Shown: positions 18,217 to 26,404, numbered from the stretch's first letter. The stretch: 56,751 nt of DNA from Bacteroidales bacterium (GCA_012718945.1 JAAYBL010000106.1:1-56751), one strand, 5' to 3'. Notes: generated from the letters alone by a model not told the origin. Made by a program: numbers and translations.

Positions 18217-20007
18217 ATGAACACCTTCGTACAACTCTCCGACGATCAGTTGAAGGCCAAAGTTGCCTTCATCAACCAGTACCTGGCCGCTCAAAACGCA
18301 GCCACAGCCTCTTCCTTTGACGCTAACGCCAACGTCACCGATAAAAACATTGCCACCCTGGAGGCAGAATTAAACAAAGACATCAACATCCAGATCAACC
18401 GACGGCTGGTCTATCTCCAGATAGAAAAATTATTTGGCTGTGAACTAGCCGATGAATACCTCAGGCAAATCGCGGCTCACGAGATTTACGTGCATGACGA
18501 AACTTCGCTTAAACCCTATTGTGCTTCTATCAGCCTATATCCTTTTCTTCTAGATGGTCTAACAAAACTCAGTGGAGAAAGCAGGGCCCCTGAACACCTG
18601 GAAAGTTTTTGTGGCAGCTTTGTCAACCTGGTTTTTGCCGTTAGTTCCCAATTTGCCGGAGCCTTGGCCACGGTGGAATTCTTACTTTATTTTGATCACT
18701 TTGCTCACAAAGACTATGGTGATAACTACCTGGAAACGCATCGAACGATCGTGAGCAATCATCTGCAACATTGCGTCTACGCTATCAATCAACCCGCGGC
18801 AGCCAGAGGCTACCAATCCGTTTTTTGGAATATATCCGTCTTTGATCAACCCTATTTTGAAAGCCTGTTTGGCGACTTTGTTTTTCCCGACATGAGCAAG
18901 CCGGATTGGTTACGTGTGAGTACCCTGCAACGCTTTTTCCTGCAATGGTTCAACAAAGAACGCACCAAGGCTATCCTGACTTTTCCCGTGGTTACTGCTG
19001 CCATGTTGGTCAAAGACGGCAAACCGGTCGATGAGTCCTTTGCTGATCTTTGCGCCGGGGAGTTGGCGGCTGGCAACGCATTCTTTATCTACCAGTCGGA
19101 GCGGGCCGACAGCCTGGCTTCCTGTTGCCGACTACGCAATGAAATAAGTGACAACACCTTCAGCTATAGTCTGGGGGCAGGTGGGGTTTCTACCGGATCC
19201 ATCAATGTCATCACCCTCAATATGAACAGACTGGTACAAGACAAAAGGGATCTGCGTATCGAAGTGGATAAACTTCATAAATACCAGGTGGCATACAGAC
19301 GATTGATGGAAGAATACCTGGCTGCCGGCATGTTGCCAGTCTATAAGGCCGGCATGTTGCACCTCGATAAACAATTTTTGACCATAGGCATCAATGGCAT
19401 GGTCGAAGCAGCAGAAAGTCAAGGCATAGAAGCCACCCCGAACCCAGCTTATCAGGCCTTTGTAAATAGCTGCCTGAAGACCATCTTTGACGCCAATCGT
19501 CAGGCCCGTCTTACATACGGATACCTGTTCAATACCGAATTCGTCCCGGCCGAAAACCTGGGGCCCAAGAACGCGGCTTGGGATAGGAAGGACGGCTATA
19601 AAGTGAACAGAGACTGTTACAATTCCTATTTCTACGCTGTTGAGGATGACAGGTTAAATGCATTGGACAAGTTTGAACTCCATGGCAAACACTACAATCA
19701 ATACTTGGACGGTGGATCGGCCCTTCACCTCAACCTGGAAGAATACCCGAGCAAAGCAGGTTTTCGAAAATTACTCGATGTCGCTGCGCGCAATGGTTGC
19801 AACTATTTCTGTTTCAACATTAAAATAACGGTCTGCCGCGATTGTGGGCGCATCGACAAGCGTACACTTAGAATATGTCCAAATTGCCAATCCGGTAATG
19901 TAGATCATGCCACACGCGTCATCGGATATCTCAAACGTGTGTCTAGTTTTAGTGACGCCAGGCAACGAGAGGAAAACCTCCGGCACTATAACCTCCTCAC
20001 CGAATAG
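18217..20007 (+). CDS. nrdD: Class III anaerobic ribonucleoside-triphosphate reductase, short form without ATP cone
   Basis: IYVHDE, PYCASIS, TFPVVT, SCCRL, PAENLG and LDGGSALH motifs, zinc ribbon CRDC/CPNC, and glycyl-radical motif RVIGY. Confidence 0.95.
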   Translation: MNTFVQLSDDQLKAKVAFINQYLAAQNAATASSFDANANVTDKNIATLEAELNKDINIQINRRLVYLQIEKLFGCELADEYLRQIAAHEIYVHDETSLKPYCASISLYPFLLDGLTKLSGESRAPEHLESFCGSFVNLVFAVSSQFAGALATVEFLLYFDHFAHKDYGDNYLETHRTIVSNHLQHCVYAINQPAAARGYQSVFWNISVFDQPYFESLFGDFVFPDMSKPDWLRVSTLQRFFLQWFNKERTKAILTFPVVTAAMLVKDGKPVDESFADLCAGELAAGNAFFIYQSERADSLASCCRLRNEISDNTFSYSLGAGGVSTGSINVITLNMNRLVQDKRDLRIEVDKLHKYQVAYRRLMEEYLAAGMLPVYKAGMLHLDKQFLTIGINGMVEAAESQGIEATPNPAYQAFVNSCLKTIFDANRQARLTYGYLFNTEFVPAENLGPKNAAWDRKDGYKVNRDCYNSYFYAVEDDRLNALDKFELHGKHYNQYLDGGSALHLNLEEYPSKAGFRKLLDVAARNGCNYFCFNIKITVCRDCGRIDKRTLRICPNCQSGNVDHATRVIGYLKRVSSFSDARQREENLRHYNLLTE

Positions 20008-20051
20008 TCACGGATTCGTTATAAGCCTGTAACATCAAGTGTGGTTCTTTG
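20005..20051 (+). promoter_or_regulatory. Pho-box-like 11-bp direct repeats plus degenerate -7 element (ppx promoter)
   Basis: TAGTCAC-ggat-TCGTTAT-aagc-CTGTAAC, with the G at 20007, 20018 and 20029; GTTCTTTG at 20044-20051. Confidence 0.6.
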
Positions 20052-20072
20052 TTGCCATTAACAAGACACCCC

Positions 20073-21050
20073 ATGTACCACAACGTCGCCGCCATCGATA
20101 TCGGCTCGAACGCCGTCAGACTGCTTATTGCCAGCGTACGGGACACCCCGTCAGGGCTCGTAAGTAAAAAAGACGTGCTTTTACGCATCCCTCTGCGCCT
20201 TGGAGACGATAGCTTCAACACAGGGACAATTAGCCCCTCGCTGGCCAAATGGTTGCTCAATGTTATGAAAGCCTTTTACCATCTTATGCGTGTACAACAG
20301 GTTCAGTCTTATATGGCTTTTGCCGGCTCTGCTCTACGCGAAGCGAACAATGGTGAGGCCATTCTGCAGGCCATCAAGGATAAAACGGGTCTGTTTGTTA
20401 AACCATTGACAGTTAATGAAGAGGCTTTGTTTCTATACGAAAGTTACACCTCAGAAAAACTATTACCGCACCGTAATTATCTTTATGTTGACTTAGGTGG
20501 AGGCACAACGGAAATCGTACTGCTTGTTAATGGCGCCTTGTCCGATGCCAGACGATTCAACGTTGGTACCGTCAGGCAACTTATTGGCAAGGAATCAAAA
20601 CAGGAACGAAAGGCCATGATTGACTATCTGACCGTCATCAAGGAAACCCATGCCCCCGTTGCACTCATTGCCACCGGAGGCAACATCAACAAGATCGCAC
20701 GCCTGATTAAAACGACCAGGGATAAGGCGTTTACCCTTAGAAGCCTTCAACTACTCTACAACAAACTGCGTCAGATCTCTGTAGAAGGACGCATGAGCCT
20801 CTTTGATTTAGCCCCCGACAGGGCTGATGTCATCGTGCCCGCCTGTGATATCTTCATTCAGGTTGCTAAAGCCGCAGGCATAACCAAATTTATTGTTCCA
20901 ACCAGAGGTTTGGTGGACGGCATGATTAAAATCATGACCAAGCCCCAAAAACAAGCTTCGAGTCAAATCATCGTTGAACCCATTGTTCAAGAAGTCTTTA
21001 ATGAAATCATTGATGAGAGTTGGCAAGAATACGACGAGGAACAAGATTGA
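20073..21050 (+). CDS. ppx: Ppx/GppA family exopolyphosphatase (short form)
   Basis: AAIDIGSNAVRL, LRLGDD, SALREA, NEEA (catalytic Glu), VDLGGGTTE, GGNINK and DRADVI motifs. Confidence 0.88.
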   Translation: MYHNVAAIDIGSNAVRLLIASVRDTPSGLVSKKDVLLRIPLRLGDDSFNTGTISPSLAKWLLNVMKAFYHLMRVQQVQSYMAFAGSALREANNGEAILQAIKDKTGLFVKPLTVNEEALFLYESYTSEKLLPHRNYLYVDLGGGTTEIVLLVNGALSDARRFNVGTVRQLIGKESKQERKAMIDYLTVIKETHAPVALIATGGNINKIARLIKTTRDKAFTLRSLQLLYNKLRQISVEGRMSLFDLAPDRADVIVPACDIFIQVAKAAGITKFIVPTRGLVDGMIKIMTKPQKQASSQIIVEPIVQEVFNEIIDESWQEYDEEQD

Positions 21051-21087
21051 CTTCACACAAGCCCAATGGTATGACCACCAGGACAAG

Positions 21088-21156
21088 TAGCCATAGAATT
21101 GTTCCAAAACTGTCATGCGAATGTCATACTCAAGTGATTTAACTACACCATCTTTG
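21088..21156 (+). promoter_or_regulatory. Pho-box-like array (up to 5 half-sites) plus degenerate -7 element
   Basis: GCCAT 21090, GTTCC 21101, GTCAT 21112, GTCAT 21123 and GTGAT 21134; core CTGTCAT-gcga-ATGTCAT; CATCTTTG at 21149-21156. Confidence 0.72.
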
Positions 21157-21187
21157 CACCATCAAACAACGCATCAAACTTACGACT

Positions 21188-21556
21188 ATGCAAACTAAAC
21201 GCATCAACTTGTTTCAAATCGGCCTTCTTGCTGTTGCCCTGTTGTGTTCAAGCAACCTGATGGCAGAACCCGGACTCACTCCGACGACCGTGAAACCTGA
21301 AGCCTCTCAAACCATCGCATCAACCGACCTTAAAGGTTCGGTTACTGATGAGAAGACATCTGAGCCCTTAGCCGGTGTAGCGTTACAGTTCAACGGTAAA
21401 ACATATTATTCAGACTTGGAAGGCACGTTTTCCTTGCCAGTTGGAAAAAATAAGACAGGCAATCTCGATGTCACCATGATTTCGTACCAAGCCCAACAAG
21501 TTGACTTGACAGCCTCGTCTGGCGAAGAACTGAAGATTACCCTGAAGCCGCATTGA
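21188..21556 (+). CDS. Secreted stand-alone carboxypeptidase-regulatory-like (TBDT N-terminal-extension-like) domain protein
   Basis: Signal peptide (...SNLMA), then LKGSVTDEKTSEPLAGVAL...YSDLEGTFSL...VTMISYQ...ITLKP. Confidence 0.8.
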   Translation: MQTKRINLFQIGLLAVALLCSSNLMAEPGLTPTTVKPEASQTIASTDLKGSVTDEKTSEPLAGVALQFNGKTYYSDLEGTFSLPVGKNKTGNLDVTMISYQAQQVDLTASSGEELKITLKPH

Positions 21557-21578
21557 TTCTACCCAGCGCAACGTACGT

Positions 21579-21615
21579 GCCGTCATGATAGCCCCGCCTA
21601 CATGACGGTTTTTTT
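21579..21615 (+). terminator. Intrinsic terminator
   Basis: GCCGTCATG(A)TAG-ccccgc-CTACATGACGGT stem followed by a T tract. Confidence 0.8.
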
Positions 21616-21658
21616 GTCCCTCCCAAACCACCACCACTCCCCTACGGCCACCAGCGTT

Positions 21659-21738
21659 TAGTCATAAGGATGTCACACGTATGTGTCTATTTTGTCTTGG
21701 GGTTGCCATGAAAAACAAACATCCAACCCAGATCTTTG
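21659..21738 (+). promoter_or_regulatory. Pho-box-like array plus degenerate -7 element(s) (TBDT promoter)
   Basis: GTCAT 21661, GTCAC 21672, GTGTC 21683, GTCTT 21694 and GCCAT 21705; -7 candidates CTATTTTG (21687-21694) and GATCTTTG (21731-21738). Confidence 0.68.
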
Positions 21739-21763
21739 CGTCATAAAAGAACGTTTAGCACAC

Positions 21764-24475
21764 ATGATTCGATCAGCGTCCATTTGCCCCGTCATCACCC
21801 TTTTTTTCTTGATTTCCTTGGGCAACATCCAACACACATTAGCTCAGACTGGCGCCATCAGAGGCGTTGTTGTTGATGGGCAGACCAACGAAAGCCTCAT
21901 TGGCGCATCCATCATGATAGAAGGAACGACCAAAGGAGCTGTCACAGACATGGACGGAGCGTATGCCATCCCCAGTTTGACCCCGGGAACATACACCATA
22001 CGTGTAACCTACATTTCGTATGTGACCTTAACCAAAGAAGTGGTCGTAGAAAGCGGAGAGACAACCGTGGTGGACGTATCCATGAAATCGACCGACACGA
22101 TGTTCGGCGATGTTGTGGTCATTGGACGGGCTAACCGTCAAAGTGAAGCTGTTTTATTGAAAGAACAAAAAATGGCCTTGCTTTCTACGCAAGCAGTAGG
22201 CGTCAAGGAAATGGCGCGAAAAGGCTTCGGTGATGCGGAAGCGGCGATTGCTCACTTGTCAGGAGTGACCAAACAGGAAGGTGTGAAAAATGTCTTCGTC
22301 AGAGGCTTGGGAGACCGTTACAACGCGACCACCCTGAATGGCTTCCCTCTTCCTTCTGAAGACCCTGAGTATAAGAATATTGCATTATCCTTCTTTACCA
22401 GTGACATGATCCAGCACATAGGTGTCAACAAGGCGTTTAGCAGCAGTATCTCTGGCGATGTCGGTGGTGCTTTGATCAACATCAACTCTAAAAACCTGGT
22501 CGGTGACAATGCTTTGGGGGCTGATGTAACTGCCGGCATCAACGCTTCAGTACTAACAACCGATTTTTTGAAACTAGACGGATCTGACGTGTTGGGCTTT
22601 GCTCACACCGGAAAACCAGCAGCCAATACCGCAACGTTTCAGAACAGCCTGAATCCATCTGTCGTTGATCAGCCCGTCAATCAATCGTACGCTGTGTCGG
22701 GAGGCAAACGCTTTGAGTTGGGCACCGCAAAAAACCCCCTATCCTTTTTTATTGTTGCAGCCTATGAAACGGACTACGCCTACACCAAGGAAAATGTACG
22801 TAATACCACCAACGCAGGCACCGTTTACCAAGACCAGACGGGTGAAAAATACAGCCAGACCATCAATCAACTGCTTCTTGCAAACATAGAGCACAGTATC
22901 AGCAAAAAACACCACCTAGCCTATAACATGATGATGTTACACGTCAATGATCAATACGTAGGTAGGTACAGCGGGATGAACGGGGAAACTTATCAGGACG
23001 CTGATGAAAGCGGGTATGTTGGACATCTGATTCGACAACAAACAAATGACAACCTTTTGTTCGTCAACCAATTGATTACTGATTGGAAGCTCACTGCCAG
23101 GTCAACCCTCCACGCTGGAGTAGCCTATAACACCATAAAAGGATTGGAGCCAGACCGCAGGGAGAACAACCTTTCAAAAAGAGACGGAACCTATATCTTT
23201 ACAGGAAGTAATCGTCAGAAGCGGTTTTTTTCTGAACTGCGCAACAACGACATCACCCTGAAAACGTCGGTTGATTACGCGCTGAACGATGCGTATGAAT
23301 CAGGAAATTCCAACATCAACGTTGGCTATGAAGGTCGCTTCGTGTTAGATCAATTCAAGGCCATCGAATACAACTTTTCTGCCTACCCGGGGAATTATGC
23401 GTTGAACGAGTTGAACCTGGACAACCTGTATAATCAGACCAATTACACCAATGGTTTGTACACCATGGTTCTTGGTGACCCTAACGAATACGACGTCAGT
23501 AAATACATCAACGCGGGCTTTGCCGAAGCCAACTATCAAGTGAGCCCCAAACTGGCCTCCAACCTCGGTTTGCGTGCCGAATACGTGGATCTGACGGTAA
23601 ATCACCGCATTCAAAGTGCCAACCCAGGCAGTCAATCCATCAACAACCTTTATTTATTGCCACATGTCAACGTGAAATACGAAGCCGACGAAAAAAACAC
23701 CCTCAGACTGGGGCTTAGCAAAACATACACCATACCGCAGTCGAAAGAAATCTCCCCCTATCAATATGTCAACATTGGTTTTGTCAGCCAAGGTAATGCG
23801 AACCTCAAGCCATCAGATAATTACAACGCCGATTTGAAATGGGATCATTACTTGAGTCCAGCTGAGGTCATATCACTCAATGGTTTTTACAAACACCTAT
23901 CAAACCCCATAGGCCGCGTCAACGAAGGCAACTCAGCAGGATTGCTCACCTATAGAAACATCAGCCGTTCGGCCATGGTTGCAGGAATCGAATTCGAAGC
24001 ACGGAAAAATCTGTTCAACTGTGTGAACGAGCGCCTTCAGACCAATCACCGCCTTGTTTTGGGTTTCAATGCTTCGTACATGCTAATGGATTTGACGCTT
24101 GATGTAATCAACACCACACCACGCAAAACCAATCTGGAAGGCGCATCTCCCTTTATCACGAATATTGACTTGTCCTATACGAACGCTGCTTTTGAAAGAA
24201 GCATGCTGGTTTCCCTGGTCTTCAACTACTACAGCGACAGGATACACACCCTTGGAGCCATGGGGTACAACGACATCATCGACAAGGCGGTGCCAACCAT
24301 CAACCTGGTTTCCTCGTATAAATGGAACAAGCATTTCTCTGTCAAACTCAAAGCCAGCAACCTTCTGGACCCTGCTTACCGCCTCACGCGCAAGGATAAT
24401 CAAGGGAAGGCACTTGTGCTGAACGAATACCACAAAGGTATGAGCATCAACCTAGGTCTTTCCTATACCCTATAG
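21764..24475 (+). CDS. TonB-dependent outer-membrane receptor (N-terminal extension, plug and barrel; not SusC type)
   Basis: Signal peptide, CarboxypepD-like NTE, plug 'VFVRGLGDRYNATTLNG.PLPS', GNANLKPS and the C-terminal beta-signal LGLSYTL; start at ATG 21764. Confidence 0.92.
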   Translation: MIRSASICPVITLFFLISLGNIQHTLAQTGAIRGVVVDGQTNESLIGASIMIEGTTKGAVTDMDGAYAIPSLTPGTYTIRVTYISYVTLTKEVVVESGETTVVDVSMKSTDTMFGDVVVIGRANRQSEAVLLKEQKMALLSTQAVGVKEMARKGFGDAEAAIAHLSGVTKQEGVKNVFVRGLGDRYNATTLNGFPLPSEDPEYKNIALSFFTSDMIQHIGVNKAFSSSISGDVGGALININSKNLVGDNALGADVTAGINASVLTTDFLKLDGSDVLGFAHTGKPAANTATFQNSLNPSVVDQPVNQSYAVSGGKRFELGTAKNPLSFFIVAAYETDYAYTKENVRNTTNAGTVYQDQTGEKYSQTINQLLLANIEHSISKKHHLAYNMMMLHVNDQYVGRYSGMNGETYQDADESGYVGHLIRQQTNDNLLFVNQLITDWKLTARSTLHAGVAYNTIKGLEPDRRENNLSKRDGTYIFTGSNRQKRFFSELRNNDITLKTSVDYALNDAYESGNSNINVGYEGRFVLDQFKAIEYNFSAYPGNYALNELNLDNLYNQTNYTNGLYTMVLGDPNEYDVSKYINAGFAEANYQVSPKLASNLGLRAEYVDLTVNHRIQSANPGSQSINNLYLLPHVNVKYEADEKNTLRLGLSKTYTIPQSKEISPYQYVNIGFVSQGNANLKPSDNYNADLKWDHYLSPAEVISLNGFYKHLSNPIGRVNEGNSAGLLTYRNISRSAMVAGIEFEARKNLFNCVNERLQTNHRLVLGFNASYMLMDLTLDVINTTPRKTNLEGASPFITNIDLSYTNAAFERSMLVSLVFNYYSDRIHTLGAMGYNDIIDKAVPTINLVSSYKWNKHFSVKLKASNLLDPAYRLTRKDNQGKALVLNEYHKGMSINLGLSYTL

Positions 24476-24527
24476 AAACCATTTTTTGAATCATTCATCA
24501 ACCCTTTATTAATTAAATTTTGAAACA

Positions 24528-25682
24528 ATGAAGCAGTTTTTTCCCTTGTTGACAATGGGCGTCATGATGCTCTTGTCTGTATCCTTGACCTCATGTGACA
24601 AAGATGACGACACCCAAACAGGCCTTGAAACTCAGCTGTCCGGCAGTATCACAGACACGAAAACACTGGATGCAACTAAAGTTTACACAATCACTGGCCC
24701 CGTCATTGTGGAAAATGGTGGTGTTTTAGACATTCCTGCAGGTACAACCATCAAGTCCAAGAAAGGTTTCAGCAACTACATTCTCGTCCTTCAGGGTGGG
24801 AAAATTTACGTCAGGGGCACAGCAGACAAGCCTGTTACCATGACGGCTGATAGTGCCAACGCAACTTCCGGCTATTGGGGAGGCCTCATCATCAATGGCA
24901 AAGCGCCCCTCGGTGGTGGTCTTACTGGTTCAACAGAGGTTAACTCAGCCTATGTATATGGCGGAAACGTCGCCAACGACAATTCTGGTTCGATTTCCTA
25001 CCTTAAGCTAGAGTATTGCGGTGCCCGCTCCAGTGCCAATGTAGAGCACAATGGCCTTACCTTGAACGGTGTTGGTAGCGGAACAACCATCAATAACGTC
25101 TTTGTATTGGAAAGCGCTGACGATGGCATTGAATTCTTTGGCGGTTCTGTCAACGTTTCCAGCTTGCTTGTCGTAAACTCTGATGATGATATGTTTGACT
25201 TCACCCAAGGGTATAAGGGAACGTTGACAAACGCTTACGGTATCTGGGAAAGTGGTTTCACCAGCTCCGAGTCAGATCCGCGTGGTATTGAAGCCGATGG
25301 TAACTTTGATGGCAACTACCAAGGCCAGACTGATCAATCTGATTTTACGGTCAACAACGTAACGTTTGACCTTAGATTGGCTCCTGGTACGACTGTCTCT
25401 ACACAAATGATGGACGTCATTAAAATTCGTCGTGAAGCTAAGGCAGTCATCACTAATGCGTTGGTTAAGGGTACTGGTACTGTTGTTGATTTGGTTGATT
25501 TTTCTGACTCCAAAGGCGCCGGTCTTACCACGTCTAGTGTCAGCTTAACAAATAGTTTGACCACCCCCATTGCCGGCAAGCAGGTTAATCCGAGTACCAC
25601 AACCTATCCGTTGGTTCAGTTTGTAAGCGACAACACTGGCTGTGAAACCGGCGTTTTCACCTGGACAGGCTACACGTTCTAA
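24528..25682 (+). CDS. Surface lipoprotein, predicted right-handed beta-helix, partner of the TBDT
   Basis: Lipobox LTSC followed by acidic DKDDD; WGGLIING, YGG..DNSG..YLKLEYCG, NGLTLNGVGSGT, DDGIEFFGG and DDDMFD repeats. Confidence 0.8.
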   Translation: MKQFFPLLTMGVMMLLSVSLTSCDKDDDTQTGLETQLSGSITDTKTLDATKVYTITGPVIVENGGVLDIPAGTTIKSKKGFSNYILVLQGGKIYVRGTADKPVTMTADSANATSGYWGGLIINGKAPLGGGLTGSTEVNSAYVYGGNVANDNSGSISYLKLEYCGARSSANVEHNGLTLNGVGSGTTINNVFVLESADDGIEFFGGSVNVSSLLVVNSDDDMFDFTQGYKGTLTNAYGIWESGFTSSESDPRGIEADGNFDGNYQGQTDQSDFTVNNVTFDLRLAPGTTVSTQMMDVIKIRREAKAVITNALVKGTGTVVDLVDFSDSKGAGLTTSSVSLTNSLTTPIAGKQVNPSTTTYPLVQFVSDNTGCETGVFTWTGYTF

Positions 25683-25731
25683 AACGTCTGTCTTATCCTG
25701 TTAACTTTCAACGATCAATTAAGACATAAGC

Positions 25732-26277
25732 ATGAAGGAACGTATGATGCAAACGAAAAAGGTGGTCAAGTTGACCGTTTTGTTGCTACTGAGTGGCTTG
25801 GTTGCCTCTTTAACACCCCTACGTGGTGAGAAAAAAGAGCCCACCACTGTAGTGACGCAACACCCGGTTTACAGCGAAGGGCTCTATTACACGGATAAGA
25901 CACAAACGGAGTTGTTTACAGGTTATTACCGGGAATACTATGAAAGCGGGGATTTAAAATTGGATGTTTTCCTGTACAACGGGCGACCTGAAGGTACTTA
26001 TGTTGTCTATTTTCCCAATGCCCGAATCAATGAAGTACGTGCTTATCGGAAAGGCCTCTTTCATGGTATCTGGCGTACATACAATGAGAATGGCATGCTC
26101 ATCGCGCAAGCTGAATATTTCGATGGAATTAAAGATGGAGCGTGGATGATTTGGGATGAAAATGGCATCAGAAGGTATGAGATGCATTACACCAACGGTG
26201 AAAAGACAGGCACTTGGTATATGTGGGATGAGAAGGGGTTGTTGATTTCTGAAAAAGCATATGGCCCTGAACCTTGA
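25732..26277 (+). CDS. Secreted MORN-variant repeat protein (YwqK-like annotation)
   Basis: Signal peptide; repeated Y..G..(H/D)G.W..Y.ENG units. Confidence 0.8.
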   Translation: MKERMMQTKKVVKLTVLLLLSGLVASLTPLRGEKKEPTTVVTQHPVYSEGLYYTDKTQTELFTGYYREYYESGDLKLDVFLYNGRPEGTYVVYFPNARINEVRAYRKGLFHGIWRTYNENGMLIAQAEYFDGIKDGAWMIWDENGIRRYEMHYTNGEKTGTWYMWDEKGLLISEKAYGPEP

Positions 26278-26330
26278 TTAAATATGAAGTGATCGGTTTC
26301 CATTGCCTGGTTTTAATCAACAAAAGGAGG

Positions 26331-26372
26331 TAAAAAAGAGAGGGAGAAAACCAACCGGTTTTCTCCCTCTTA
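26331..26372 (-). terminator. Intrinsic terminator for pckA (possibly bidirectional)
   Basis: Perfect 14-bp stem AGAGGGAGAAAACC-aacc-GGTTTTCTCCCTCT (26339-26370), with a T6 run on the minus strand. Confidence 0.85.
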
Positions 26373-26404
26373 CTTGGAGTTATGAAAAAGCTAGAGAAAT
26401 CGAA

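Noticed and set aside
18217..20007. Intron or intein in nrdD
   Set aside because: The ORF is continuous and short, with no intein or homing endonuclease motifs.
21764..25682. Classical SusC/SusD polysaccharide utilisation locus
   Set aside because: The receptor lacks SusC signature motifs, the lipoprotein is not TPR/SusD-like, and there are no CAZymes.
25732..26277. YwqK 'antitoxin' as a toxin-antitoxin system
   Set aside because: It has a signal peptide and no adjacent toxin; the label only reflects the MORN-variant repeats.
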